Assembly (NCBI GenBank): GCA_964345275.1
Contig: CAYFQD010000006.1
Span: 812 to 64,811, forward strand
Length of the DNA stretch: 64,000 nt
Direction: 5' to 3'
Source: an uncultured Oscillospiraceae bacterium
GTDB lineage: Bacteria > Bacillota > Clostridia > Peptostreptococcales > Anaerovoracaceae
The notes under the pieces are model-generated. The model saw only the letters and a list, made by a program, of their open reading frames with translations. It was not told the DNA's origin and did not search any database. Numbering within the stretch: position 1 is the stretch's first letter; every line of letters begins with the position of its first letter. Below are positions 36,369 through 46,545 of this stretch, piece by piece. A program made the position numbers and the translations under genes.

Positions 36369-37337
36369 TTGATTTGATTAACAAATATGAGAGACTGTCT
36401 GCCGAACTATGCTTCCTTAACCACAGCTTATCTGCAGAGGAACTGCCGGATGATTGCCCTGCAGGCATAACTCCGGCAACTCTCAGTGAAGAAATACATG
36501 TTCCCCTGGAAATAGTTCGGGAAGATCTGATGTTCATTCTGGCTTCACCGATTTTTCGTACCGCCTGTATATCCGAACTGAAACCGATGGAAATTGTAGA
36601 TATTTTGGGAAAACAGTCCCATGGATGGGAGCATATTCCTTTGGCCTTTTCACTTGACTGTTTGGACTTAGACCCTCCATTAACCGGTATACCTGTTTAT
36701 ATGACACCAATTGAACAGTCGGTATTTCGTTCGGTTCTGAATCATCGGGAACCTGCCGGTGAAATCGTCTCTGTAAAAGATCAATGGAGAAGTTCAGCTG
36801 ATTCAGACTGCACCGCGACTGATCATCACTTCAATTGACACACAACTGAGCTACATGGTTTCATTTTCTAAAATAACATCAAATAAAAATCTCACGGAGC
36901 CGATGCTTATGCTATATCGTTTAGATCGTATTCAGGATGGCATCGTGCATAAGCTGCCTAAATTGAAATCCCTGCCTCTGACATCTTCTGAGTCAGCGCT
37001 TCTGGAGCGGTTGTCCTACGCCTGGGGAACCGATTTTCCGACAGGAAGCGAACCCTTCAATGTAAAAATAAAAATCTTTGCACATACAGAAAACCTGATA
37101 TCAAAAATCAAAAGTGATACATCAAGACGCACCAGCGGCAGATTATGACGAGATGAATCTGACCCGGAAATTTATTATTACACAGACAAGATACTTGGTC
37201 TGAATTCCTTTCGGAGATGGGTAATGAGTTACGGAAGCAGTGTGATTGTATTGTCACCGGAATCGCTTGCAGAATCAATCGTCAGTTCTGCAGAGGAAAA
37301 GAAGAATTTTTATAAAAGAAACGATTTTTCATATTGA
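36365..37337 (+). pseudogene. WYL-domain regulator disrupted by one frameshift and one in-frame TGA
   Basis: There are three pieces. Frame 2 covers 36365-36838. The reading continues in frame 0 from about 36777 (KINGEVQLIQTAPRLIITSIDTQLSYMVSF...MLMLYRLDRIQDG, the WYL-type RLDRI motif); the shift is near the A-run at 36775-36778. An in-frame TGA lies at 37146-37148, followed by RDESDPEIYYYTDKILGLNSFRRWVMSYGSSVIVLSPESLAESI. Confidence 0.6.
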
Positions 37338-37347
37338 GTAAACCGCT

Positions 37348-37378
37348 GCTGAAAGTTTAATTCCTTTCAGCTTTATTT
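37348..37378 (+). terminator. Intrinsic terminator after the WYL genes
   Basis: GCTGAAAG-tttaattc-CTTTCAGC followed by TTTATTT. Confidence 0.65.
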
Positions 37379-37380
37379 AA

Positions 37381-37414
37381 AACTAAGAAAGGACCGTCTA
37401 TAGACGGCCCTTTC
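37381..37414 (-). terminator. Intrinsic terminator after preA
   Basis: Minus strand GAAAGGGCCGTC-tata-GACGGTCCTTTC followed by TTAGTTTT. Confidence 0.75.
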
Positions 37415-37439
37415 TTCAATCAGCTTTATAATATGATTC

Positions 37440-38738
37440 TTAGTCGTAATTCTTCTTGAACTTGATATCCTTAGACATCTTGTGGCCCTTCTTTTCCTTA
37501 AATTCGCCCGGAACGATACAATCCTGAACAGGGCAAACATTCAGACAGAGGTGACAGCCAACGCAATTGTCTTCATTCAGAACAGGTTTTCTGTTCTTCT
37601 CATCCCAATCGATTGCCTGATGAGCAGCATCGTAGCAGGAGATGTAGCATCTGCCGCATCCGATACACTTCTTGTCATCGAATCTTGGGAAGAGCATGAA
37701 GCTTCTGTCAAGATTTTCTGCAGGAATCAGGTTAGGAAGTGCGCATCCGATGAATTCATCTAGATGGTCATAACCCTTCTCTTCCATGAAGTGCATGAGA
37801 CCTGACTTCATATCTTCAACAATTCTGTATCCGTACTGCATAATAGCCGTCGTAACCTGAACGTTTCTGCATCCTACAGCCAGGAACTCTGCAGCGTCTC
37901 TCCATGTTTCGATACCGCCGATACCGGAAAGTTCGTGTCCGTATCCGAAATCAAACTTGCCTTCTCTGGCCATTTTCTGAACTTCTTCATCCTGCTGAAC
38001 CTGAGCACAGAATCTGAGAGCAACCGGCTTAACTGCCGCACCGGAGTATCCGGAAATCGATGATTTACCGTTTACTACAGGCATTGCTGTGTTGTTTTCG
38101 AAGTCAATGTTTGTAATTGACTTGATGGTGTTAATAGCGGAAACCGCTGCTGCTCCACCTTTCAGAGCCGCACGAGCGTGCTCTTCCATGTTCTTGCAGT
38201 TCGGTGTCATCTTAGCTACAAACGGAATGTGCGGAACTGTTTCCGCTACTGCTCTTGAATATGATTCAACCAGCTCGTTGTTTGTGCCGACATCGGAACC
38301 CATATCGTGTGAAGTCATCTGAGGGCATGAGAAGTTTCCTTCAATAATCTTTGCGCCCGCTTCATCTGCCATCTTCGCGAGTTTCTTCCATTCATCAACG
38401 GTTGAACCCATAATCGATGCTACAGTGATGTGTTCAGGATAATCTCTGCACAGTCTGTAGATGAATTCGAAGTTCTGTTCCGTCGGCTTATCGGAGATCT
38501 GCTCCATGTTCTTGAATCCCAGCCAAGGGAGACCTTCCTTGTTAGTCTGGTCAAATCTTGGTGAGCATTCGTCTGCTACAAATATACCAATGGTCTTAAA
38601 GAAGCATCCGCCCCAACCGGTTTCGTAGCACTTGGCAACCATGTCATAGTTACCGCCTACCGGTGATGATGAAAGAAAGAAAGGATTCAGACAATCAACA
38701 CCCAGATATTTCAATGATAAATCTTTTTTAACTGCCAT
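37440..38738 (-). CDS. preA: Dihydropyrimidine dehydrogenase PreA-like subunit (DHOD-like TIM barrel + 2x[4Fe-4S] ferredoxin domain)
   Basis: 432 aa; GNFSCPQM active-site loop (Cys present); C-terminal [11 protein letters not shown]...[12 protein letters not shown]. Confidence 0.82.
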   Translation of the reverse strand: MAVKKDLSLKYLGVDCLNPFFLSSSPVGGNYDMVAKCYETGWGGCFFKTIGIFVADECSPRFDQTNKEGLPWLGFKNMEQISDKPTEQNFEFIYRLCRDYPEHITVASIMGSTVDEWKKLAKMADEAGAKIIEGNFSCPQMTSHDMGSDVGTNNELVESYSRAVAETVPHIPFVAKMTPNCKNMEEHARAALKGGAAAVSAINTIKSITNIDFENNTAMPVVNGKSSISGYSGAAVKPVALRFCAQVQQDEEVQKMAREGKFDFGYGHELSGIGGIETWRDAAEFLAVGCRNVQVTTAIMQYGYRIVEDMKSGLMHFMEEKGYDHLDEFIGCALPNLIPAENLDRSFMLFPRFDDKKCIGCGRCYISCYDAAHQAIDWDEKNRKPVLNEDNCVGCHLCLNVCPVQDCIVPGEFKEKKGHKMSKDIKFKKNYD

Positions 38739-38739
38739 T

Positions 38740-39999
38740 CTATTTCACTCCTTTCTTTTCAAGGTATTCAATCATGGAAGCCGCTGCTTCCTTGCCCTTT
38801 GCTACTGCTTCAACAACAGTTTCGCCACCGTTTACAGCATCGCCTGCTGCGAAATACTTTCCGCCGGCCTTGCCTTTAGGCGCCTTAATTGTTCTGCCCT
38901 TTTCGTTGATTTTAACAGGTGCGATTTCAGTCATATCTGCAGGTCTCTGTCCGGTTGCGAATACGATAATGTCAGCACTGAATTCTGCTGAAGCCTTTTT
39001 GTCATAGAATCCCTTGAATTCGACGGATTCAACCTTCTTGCCGCCATTGATTGCCGCAGGAGCCAGTCCGGTAACCATTCCGATTCCCAGTGACAGAGCA
39101 TAGTGGAACTCTTCGATAGTTCCCGGAGCTTCTTCTATAGTTCTTCTATAAACGATCTTAACATCTTCTGCTCCCAGAAGCTTAGCTGTTACTGCACAGT
39201 CTGTAACGGAGTCGCCGCCGCCTATGCAGAGAACTCTCTTTCCTGCAAATGAAGGCTTGGTGGTCTTTGCTTCTTTAAGGAAGTCCAATGCACCGTAAAC
39301 ACCCTTCAGGTCAGCGCCTTTAATGTCAGGAATTGCACTTACACCGCAACCTGCACCGATGAATACTGCATCGTAATCATCCAGGTCACCGGCTTTTACT
39401 TCGGTGTTGAATACAAATTTAACACCGAGACCCTTAACCTGTGCAACGTCATGATCAACTACTGCCTGCGGAAGTCTGGAAGGGACTATTGCATATGAAG
39501 TTGCTCCACCCGCTTTTGCTTCCTTTTCAAATACTGTAACTTTGTAACCGGCCTTTGCCAGTTCAGCTGCACATGCCAGCGATGCAGGACCTGCGCCTAC
39601 ACAGGCAATCTTGCCAGGCAGCTTCTTTGCAGGGGCTTTCAGAGTCTTCATCTTGAAGAGCTTTTCCTGTTCGATAGCATATCTTTGAAGCTTGCCGATC
39701 TGGATAGGCTTATCGATACCGCATCTTGAACAGGCTTCTTCGCAGAGTCTGTCATAAGGACAAACATGTGCACATGTTCCGCCCATGATGTTGCTTTCTC
39801 TGATTGTCTCAGCCGCACCCTTAACGTTTCTGAATCTTATCGATCTTATGAACTTGCCAGGGTCTGTTCCTGCAGGGCAGTCCTGACTGCATGGTGCATC
39901 GTGGCACAGCAGGCATCTTGCCGCTTCTTCCAAAGCTGTTCTGTGAGTGAATCCCGCAACAGCTTCAGCAGTGTACTTTGCTTTTACTACTTTACTCAA
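38740..39999 (-). CDS. preT: Dihydropyrimidine dehydrogenase PreT-like subunit (GltD-like, Fe-S + FAD/NAD(P) binding)
   Basis: 419 aa; TTG start with AAAGGAGGA RBS; [19 protein letters not shown]..., [29 protein letters not shown]. Confidence 0.8.
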   Translation of the reverse strand: MSKVVKAKYTAEAVAGFTHRTALEEAARCLLCHDAPCSQDCPAGTDPGKFIRSIRFRNVKGAAETIRESNIMGGTCAHVCPYDRLCEEACSRCGIDKPIQIGKLQRYAIEQEKLFKMKTLKAPAKKLPGKIACVGAGPASLACAAELAKAGYKVTVFEKEAKAGGATSYAIVPSRLPQAVVDHDVAQVKGLGVKFVFNTEVKAGDLDDYDAVFIGAGCGVSAIPDIKGADLKGVYGALDFLKEAKTTKPSFAGKRVLCIGGGDSVTDCAVTAKLLGAEDVKIVYRRTIEEAPGTIEEFHYALSLGIGMVTGLAPAAINGGKKVESVEFKGFYDKKASAEFSADIIVFATGQRPADMTEIAPVKINEKGRTIKAPKGKAGGKYFAAGDAVNGGETVVEAVAKGKEAAASMIEYLEKKGVK

Positions 40000-40066
40000 T
40001 TTTATTCCTCCTTTTCAGGTTCCCGGATAGTTATCCTATATTTTAAGGCCATGCCTATTGGGTCGA

Positions 40067-41362
40067 TTAAAACTCATCCGATGCATCACACTTGAGAACT
40101 GCATTGAGAGTAGCTGTTGCCACTGCAGTACAGTCTTCGTCGGATACATGTTCATCTTCACAGTGTGAAAGTCCATCCTTGGTTCTTGCAAACAGCATTG
40201 TAGTAGGAATCATATATGCACAGAACTGTGCGTCATGTCCTGCTCCTGACAGTATCTTCTGCCACTTGGCTCCCATTTCTTCCATGGACTCTTCTACAAA
40301 TCCTATAAGTCTGGAATCAAACGGTACAGTGTCTCTTACCCAGTTCTCCTTGAGTTCACACTTACACTGCTGCCAGTCCTGAGATGCCATTTCCTTAAGA
40401 ATTTCCATGCATCTGGCTCTTACCGCCGGTTCAGGATGTCTTACATCCAGTGAAATAACCGCTTCATCAGGAATAACTGTATGGATACAAGGGTGAACAT
40501 GAATTTCACCTGTTGTAAATACGAATTCAGGCATTCCCGCTGCAACAACTTCTGCATTGTAAGCATCATATCTCTTATGCAGTTCACAGATGAAATCTGA
40601 AGCAGCATGGAGAGCGTCATGTCTCTTTGCCATCGGGAATGTACCGGCATGAGCTGAGAATCCGCTGAACTTGATTCCATAGTTGAACATACCCATTACC
40701 AGCTGTACTGCACCGATTTCATTTCCGGCGTCTTCGAGAATAGGTCCCTGCTCCAGATGTGCCTCAAACATTGCACAATACTTGTCAGGGCTGATTCTGT
40801 TCTCCTTAGGTCCCTTGAACTTGCTCGCTGCCAGAGCTTCTCCGAAATTCGCATATGGAGATTCATCCATCGGCTTGGAAGCCATCATGTTTTCATACTT
40901 GAAATTCGGTTTCAAAGAGTCAGGCAGGTAATCGTGGCAGATAATACCCGATACCATCATTGCCGGCGGATAGAGTGATCCTTCCTCGTTGGTCCATATC
41001 ATTGCTGTCAGCGGGTGCTTATGAGGGATGCCTTCTGCAACTACTGTTTCCAGTACTTCCATACCGGTCATAACACCCAGGATTCCGTCATAGTTACCTC
41101 CGTTCTTTACCGAGTCACAATGGGAACCCATAACGATTCTCTTGGCGTCAGGATCTGAACCTTCGATTGTAGCATACATGCATGCCAGGTCATCGCATTC
41201 GATCTTGGCACCGATGGCTGTCATTCTCTTCACAAATTCTTCTCTTGCCATGTTGGCCTCTGCGGAAAGCGAGTATCTTGTGATACCGCCATGTCCTGCG
41301 TCGCCAAACTTGGAGAAAGTCCTGATTTTGTCTGACATTCTTTCTAAACTACACTTATACAT
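40067..41362 (-). CDS. M20-family amidase, hydantoinase/carbamoylase type (N-carbamoyl-amino acid / beta-ureidopropionase-like)
   Basis: 431 aa; GGITRYSLSAE..., MGSHCDSVKNGGNYDGILGV, WTNEEGS, ...SGAGHDAQ. Confidence 0.78.
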   Translation of the reverse strand: MYKCSLERMSDKIRTFSKFGDAGHGGITRYSLSAEANMAREEFVKRMTAIGAKIECDDLACMYATIEGSDPDAKRIVMGSHCDSVKNGGNYDGILGVMTGMEVLETVVAEGIPHKHPLTAMIWTNEEGSLYPPAMMVSGIICHDYLPDSLKPNFKYENMMASKPMDESPYANFGEALAASKFKGPKENRISPDKYCAMFEAHLEQGPILEDAGNEIGAVQLVMGMFNYGIKFSGFSAHAGTFPMAKRHDALHAASDFICELHKRYDAYNAEVVAAGMPEFVFTTGEIHVHPCIHTVIPDEAVISLDVRHPEPAVRARCMEILKEMASQDWQQCKCELKENWVRDTVPFDSRLIGFVEESMEEMGAKWQKILSGAGHDAQFCAYMIPTTMLFARTKDGLSHCEDEHVSDEDCTAVATATLNAVLKCDASDEF

Positions 41363-41409
41363 ACATCTCCTCCTTTGCTTAGATGAAATATTTATTAAAG
41401 TAATGGTTG

Positions 41410-41423
41410 TGAAACCAGTTACA
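41410..41423 (-). promoter_or_regulatory. LacI-family/cre-like operator
   Basis: Minus strand TGTAACTGGTTTCA matches TGNAANCGNTTNCA at 13/14 positions. It lies just downstream of the promoter -10. Confidence 0.4.
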
Positions 41424-41429
41424 TAGCTA

Positions 41430-41463
41430 CTTATAATTATAGAGTATTTTCTGTCAATTACAA
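41430..41463 (-). promoter_or_regulatory. Sigma-A promoter of the carbamoylase-preT-preA operon
   Basis: Minus strand TTGTAA-16 nt-TATAAT, overlapping the alternative TTGACA-16 nt-TATAAG. Confidence 0.5.
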
Positions 41464-41471
41464 GTCATTTA

Positions 41472-41500
41472 AACAAAAAAGGCCGTTTACGGTCTTTTTT
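41472..41500 (-). terminator. Intrinsic terminator after the PreA paralogue
   Basis: Minus strand AAGACCG-taaa-CGGCCTT followed by TTTTGTTT. Confidence 0.65.
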
Positions 41501-41505
41501 TGTCA

Positions 41506-42633
41506 TTACCATTCCAGCTTCAGTTTTTTTGCAGGACAAATAGAAATGCATAATCCGCATCCTGTGCATCTGCTTCTCTCCACACTTATTGAATCACCGC
41601 TTCTGGATATAGCCCCATGCATGCATGTGTCAATGCATCTGCTGCAGTTTTCTCTGCAGGCGACACCGCCGGCTCTGCTTACGGCAGGTTCGAATTTCAT
41701 CTCATCAAATGACTTGAGTTTATCCAGTGCAGCCCCTCTTATATCCGAAATGTTTTGAAGATCATGTGATCTTCCCCATTCTTCCATCCCCTGCAGAATC
41801 TCTGAAACTATACCTCTGCCCTCCAGCATGACAGCTGTAGCCACCTGTACCGTGCCGGCACCGAGCATCATATACTCAATTGCAGCATATGAACTGTCTA
41901 TTCCGCCTATTCCGCTTATGGGTATATCCACCGTCTGCGAAATGGTAGCAACGGATGCCAGTCCAAGAGGCCGTATGTACTTGCCGGAAATACCTCCGTA
42001 TGTCACCAGCGAAGGAGAAGCCGTCTCAATATCCACACCCAGAATTCCCCGTACAGTATTTATAGCACTTACACCGGCACCGCCGGCATCCTTTACTGCT
42101 CTGGCAACCTTGGAAAGATTTGTCGTGTTCTGAGATAGTTTGACAATTACAGGAATCTTTACCGCCCCGACAACTTCTCTGGTCATCTCAAACATAATGT
42201 CAGAATGGGAAGCTACAACCTCCAGTGCTTCTATTGCCGGATTTGATACAGAAAGTTCTATTGCATCGGCTCCGTATTTCTCCATTTTGCTGGCCAGATA
42301 CGCCAGTTCCGAAGGAGAATGTCCGGAAATGCTGGCTATTATAGCCGCACCCCTGCCGTCGGGATCTCTGCCTGATCTGGCAATTTCTATTTCCCGTTCC
42401 CAGCCCTCAATCTGTATATCGCTGTATAGTCTGATATTCTGCGCCCCTAAATCGTCACTGGCAATTCGCGGTCTGACATCAAGCATCGTATCGCTGACAA
42501 TACTTTCCGTTACAACAGCACCGGCACCGGCTGCAATTGAATTTCGAAGACCTCTTCCGTCTCTGTTCCACGGACCCGCGGCAATGAACACCGGGTTTTT
42601 CAGTTTCATTCCAAGAAAATCAGTCTGTAACAT
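41506..42633 (-). CDS. PreA/DHOD-like flavoprotein paralogue with C-terminal [4Fe-4S] domain; active-site Cys replaced by Ser
   Basis: 375 aa; LKNPVFIAAGPW..., active-site loop ELSVSNPA (versus NFSCPQM in preA), C-terminal CSRCIDTC...CTGCGLCISICP. Its start overlaps the LacI stop (TGATG). Confidence 0.75.
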   Translation of the reverse strand: MLQTDFLGMKLKNPVFIAAGPWNRDGRGLRNSIAAGAGAVVTESIVSDTMLDVRPRIASDDLGAQNIRLYSDIQIEGWEREIEIARSGRDPDGRGAAIIASISGHSPSELAYLASKMEKYGADAIELSVSNPAIEALEVVASHSDIMFEMTREVVGAVKIPVIVKLSQNTTNLSKVARAVKDAGGAGVSAINTVRGILGVDIETASPSLVTYGGISGKYIRPLGLASVATISQTVDIPISGIGGIDSSYAAIEYMMLGAGTVQVATAVMLEGRGIVSEILQGMEEWGRSHDLQNISDIRGAALDKLKSFDEMKFEPAVSRAGGVACRENCSRCIDTCMHGAISRSGDSISVERSRCTGCGLCISICPAKKLKLEW

Positions 42634-43709
42634 CAGAACATCTCTCCTATTCTTCCCTTATTTCCGCAGGATTTCCTGACACGCATCTTCGTTTGTAGCA
42701 CAATATGCTTAGGGTCAGCTTTTTCCCCGGTTTTCTTCTCTTTCTTCCTGCTTGCATTGTCTTCAATAAGATCAAAAAGTATTCTGGCACCATATATGCC
42801 CATCTTTCTGAATGGCAGCTCCACTGTAGTAAGTTTCGGTTCCATAAGGTTTGACATCCTGTTATTCCCGAACCCGGCTATAGCTATATCCTCAGGTATC
42901 TTCAGTCCGCTGTCCTTAATTGCATCCATTGCCCCATAAGCAATCTCATCGCTTGTTGCAAAAATCACATCCGGAAGTTTATCCATTACAATCTCTTCTT
43001 CCGCGGTGGATTCCGCAATCAGCTTTTTCATGCCCAGATAGCCGCCTTCGATATTATTTTCAACATATCGGACAAGCTCCTCGCTGACATTTTTACCGCT
43101 TGCCTTGAGCACATTTCTGTATCCCAGCAGCATATCATTCATTTCCGCTTCCGGATTGTCACCGCACAAAATCCCCATGGTTTCGTGCCCGCACTCAACC
43201 AGATGAGCAACCATTTCGGCTGATCCCGCCCGGCTGTCCACATTTACCGAGTCCCAGTCCTGAAGAAACTTTCCTCCACCTATAAGCACTGTTGGAATTT
43301 TCTCATCGCGAATCCACTTCAAATAATCGTCTTCCAGATTTGTGAACATCAAAATAAGGCCGTCAACCTTTCTCTTAATCAGCTGATCGATATATTCCTT
43401 TTCCTTCTGGATGCCCTCCTCCATGTTGCACATGAAGGTTATATATCCATTCTGCCATGCCACTTCCTCAACACCGTTGGCAATCTCCATATAATTGGAA
43501 TTTATCGTATGGGGAATTACTAGACCTATTGTCTTTGTCCTGTTGAAGTTCAGTCCCCTGGCAAACCAGTTGGGAGTGTACTCCTTCTCGTCTATTACTT
43601 TTTGAATTTTTTCTCTTGTTGCAGGCGCCACACTATCCGGATGATTCAGCACCCTGGACACCGTCGCAACAGATACGCCTGCAGCCTTCGCTATCTGTTT
43701 GATGTTCAT
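42633..43709 (-). CDS. LacI-family transcriptional regulator
   Basis: MNIKQIAKAAGVSVATVSRVLN HTH followed by a periplasmic-binding-protein-like fold. Confidence 0.9.
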   Translation of the reverse strand: MNIKQIAKAAGVSVATVSRVLNHPDSVAPATREKIQKVIDEKEYTPNWFARGLNFNRTKTIGLVIPHTINSNYMEIANGVEEVAWQNGYITFMCNMEEGIQKEKEYIDQLIKRKVDGLILMFTNLEDDYLKWIRDEKIPTVLIGGGKFLQDWDSVNVDSRAGSAEMVAHLVECGHETMGILCGDNPEAEMNDMLLGYRNVLKASGKNVSEELVRYVENNIEGGYLGMKKLIAESTAEEEIVMDKLPDVIFATSDEIAYGAMDAIKDSGLKIPEDIAIAGFGNNRMSNLMEPKLTTVELPFRKMGIYGARILFDLIEDNASRKKEKKTGEKADPKHIVLQTKMRVRKSCGNKGRIGEMF

Positions 43710-43748
43710 ACTATAATTATTACACTATTGGAATGTTTTGGCAAGGAC

Positions 43749-45152
43749 TCAGTATTTTCGCTTCCTCTTCAGCGATAAAAAAACACCGGCTAAACACATT
43801 ATCGTAAATATTATAAAAGCTGTATTTATGACTTTCACCAGTCCTGACGGTTCCGCGGCAACCAGCTGTATTCCCGGAAGAGTAACGGAAACAATTATGG
43901 TCACTATCACCATACTTAATGTCTGACCAATGGAACGCATGGTGTTCAAAACTGAGTTGGCTATTCCATAGTCCTTTCTGTCCACACACCCCATAACCGC
44001 ATTGGTATTAGGCGATGCAAACAGAGAAAACCCAAGCCCGGTTACAATAAGTGCTGCTATGATATATGTCAGGGAAGTCTCAACACTGACAAAAATAAAC
44101 AGTGCTGTCCCCACTGCACAGAGCAGCATCCCCAGCGAGGACATAATAAATGGTGAAAAGCGATCCGACAGTCGGCCCATTGACGGTGTCAGCAGTGCCA
44201 TAATCGCCGGCTGAGTAATCATAATCAGTCCCGCCGTTGCGGCACTGTATCCTATAACAATCTGAAGATAGAGGGAGATCAGATAACCGATTGCAAAGGT
44301 TGCGGAGTAATTCAAAAGTGCCGACAGGTTAGACATAGTGTATCCGATGTTGTTTCGGAACAGAGAAATGTTGAGAACAGGATTGGAATCTTTAAGCTCA
44401 TGAGCGATGAACAGAATACCAGCAATGATTCCCGCCCCTGCTATTATCACATATATGATTCCCCTCTCCACGGACGACATTCCAAACATAAAAGCCACGA
44501 TAAAAATCACAAACAAAATTGTTCCGCCTATATCAGTGTAAGCGCCCCTGTCTCCATTTTTTCTGTCCTTGATAAACACTGCCATTACTGTCAGCGGAAC
44601 AATGAGCACAACGGAAGCGAACAGAAAGATGCTTCTCCACCCGAAGGTATATGTCAGTAATCCGCCCAGAACAGGTCCCAGGGCAAGGCCGGTGTACACT
44701 GCAGCCGTAGAGAGCCCAAGTACACGGCCTCTCATATTGCCGGGATAAGCGCTTATGAGAATAGGCATATTGGAGCTGAGAACCATGGATGCGCCAACGG
44801 CCTGAGCCACACGGACTGCAATAAGAATTTCCATTGAAGCCGCAAATATGGAAGCGGCGCAGAAAACGATAAATATAATCATGCCTGTAACCATGACTTT
44901 CTTTCTGGAAGTCACATCGGCAAGTCTGCCAAAAGGTACCGACAGAGCTGCCACAGTCAATATGTAGGCGGTTACCATCCAGCCCACTGCAAAAGCATCT
45001 GCATTGAATTCGGACCCTATCTGGGGTATGGCCAGATTAAGCGAATTTCCCATGAAGGGCATTACAAAAGCGGTCACCATATTGGTGACCAGTGCAGCAC
45101 GACGCAGCTTCAGCGTTTCTCTACCGGTACTTTCATTATATTTTTTATTCAA
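43749..45152 (-). CDS. MFS transporter (DHA2/EmrB-like, about 14 TM segments)
   Basis: 467 aa, hydrophobic throughout; motif [12 protein letters not shown] after TM2. Confidence 0.85.
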   Translation of the reverse strand: MNKKYNESTGRETLKLRRAALVTNMVTAFVMPFMGNSLNLAIPQIGSEFNADAFAVGWMVTAYILTVAALSVPFGRLADVTSRKKVMVTGMIIFIVFCAASIFAASMEILIAVRVAQAVGASMVLSSNMPILISAYPGNMRGRVLGLSTAAVYTGLALGPVLGGLLTYTFGWRSIFLFASVVLIVPLTVMAVFIKDRKNGDRGAYTDIGGTILFVIFIVAFMFGMSSVERGIIYVIIAGAGIIAGILFIAHELKDSNPVLNISLFRNNIGYTMSNLSALLNYSATFAIGYLISLYLQIVIGYSAATAGLIMITQPAIMALLTPSMGRLSDRFSPFIMSSLGMLLCAVGTALFIFVSVETSLTYIIAALIVTGLGFSLFASPNTNAVMGCVDRKDYGIANSVLNTMRSIGQTLSMVIVTIIVSVTLPGIQLVAAEPSGLVKVINTAFIIFTIMCLAGVFLSLKRKRKY

Positions 45153-46545
45153 TTATTTTTCCTCTGAGACTGAATGTGTTTGAGCCGGTTATCCTGACAG
45201 ACACAATTTCTCCTATATACTCCTCCGGTGTTTTCCCCTGGGGGAGACTGATGTCAACAAGTTTGAAACCCTCTGTCCTTCCGGAAAGTGTTCTGTCCCC
45301 CTTCTTGGCAAAGCCCTCAATGAGCACATGACATATGCGTCCTGTATAGGCGGCATTGCACGATGCCGCCGATGAATTAATAACGTCCACAAGGCGGTTA
45401 AATCTCTCATGCTTGACATCCTCGGGGACCTGATCTTCATAGTCTGCCGCCGGTGTGCCCCGGCGAGGCGAATATAAAAAAGTGAATGCTGAATCGTAGC
45501 CTACTTCTTCAGCCAGTGACAATGTATCCTCAAACTGTTCATCGGTTTCTCCGGGGAAACCGACGATAATATCCGTGCTTATGGTAATCTCCGGGACAGC
45601 CTTGCGAAGCTTTCTGACCAGCTCCAGATACTGCTCCCGGGTGTATTTTCTGTTCATTCGCTCCAGTACCCGGGTGTTTCCCGCCTGTACCGGTAAATGT
45701 ATATAGTTGCAGAGCTTATCGCATCGCGCAAAGGCTTCTATCAGCTTGTCAGACAGGTCCTTGGGATGGGAGGTCATGAAGCGAATGCGCTCCAGCCCGT
45801 CTATCTCTGCCAGTGCATATATCAAATCTGCAAAGTCCCATACCTGTCCGCTGCAAGAAGCCTCTCCACCGGTAATTCCTATATAAGAATTCACATTCTG
45901 ACCCAGAAGCGTAATCTCTCTGACTCCATCAGCCACCAGGTTGCCAACCTCTGCGATAATGTCCTCAGGTCTCCTGCTTTTCTCCCTTCCGCGGGTATAG
46001 GGCACCACACAGTATGTGCAGAAATTATTGCAGCCGTACATAATGTTTACAAAACTCTTATGTCTGTACAATCTTGCTGCCGGAAGCCCCTCTACGATAC
46101 CTTCCCGGTCGGGATATGTCCTGACAACTCTTGTCTTCTTTGAGCTTCGGCTGTTGTAACCCTTTTCCCTGCGGGCAGCATACATCTCCTCCAGCATATC
46201 CGGTAATTCATGAATATTGTGTGTTCCGAAGATGACATCAACCCAGGGATAACTCCGCTTCACCTTTGTTATGATATGATCCTGCTGCATCATGCAGCCG
46301 CAGACGCAAACCGCAAAATCCGGTTTTCTCTCTTTTATCTTCTTTAACTGTCCCAAAGTGCCAAAAAAACGCTTGTCAGCATTCTCACGAATGCTGCAAG
46401 TGTTTATGATTATTATATCGGCATCCTGACGAAACTCCTCGCCCAAACAGGTATAGCCTTTCTGTTGAAGCAGGCCTGAAATGGTATCGGAGTCATGTTC
46501 ATTCATCTGACACCCGAAAGTTATTATATTAAAGGTCCTACTCAT
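45145..46545 (-). CDS. miaB: tRNA-i6A37 methylthiotransferase
   Basis: FNIITFGCQMNEHDS..., radical-SAM motif CNNFCTYCVVP, C-terminal TRAM domain. Start at ATG 46545. Confidence 0.82.
   Translation of the reverse strand: MSRTFNIITFGCQMNEHDSDTISGLLQQKGYTCLGEEFRQDADIIIINTCSIRENADKRFFGTLGQLKKIKERKPDFAVCVCGCMMQQDHIITKVKRSYPWVDVIFGTHNIHELPDMLEEMYAARREKGYNSRSSKKTRVVRTYPDREGIVEGLPAARLYRHKSFVNIMYGCNNFCTYCVVPYTRGREKSRRPEDIIAEVGNLVADGVREITLLGQNVNSYIGITGGEASCSGQVWDFADLIYALAEIDGLERIRFMTSHPKDLSDKLIEAFARCDKLCNYIHLPVQAGNTRVLERMNRKYTREQYLELVRKLRKAVPEITISTDIIVGFPGETDEQFEDTLSLAEEVGYDSAFTFLYSPRRGTPAADYEDQVPEDVKHERFNRLVDVINSSAASCNAAYTGRICHVLIEGFAKKGDRTLSGRTEGFKLVDISLPQGKTPEEYIGEIVSVRITGSNTFSLRGKIIE

Noticed and set aside
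37146-37148. In-frame TGA in the WYL gene (and TGA followed by protein-like sequence after the 92-aa ORF) as evidence for stop-codon recoding
   Set aside because: TGA clearly terminates several well-defined genes in this window, for example the acyl-CoA synthetase and LacI genes. The WYL gene also carries a frameshift, so pseudogenisation is the simpler explanation.
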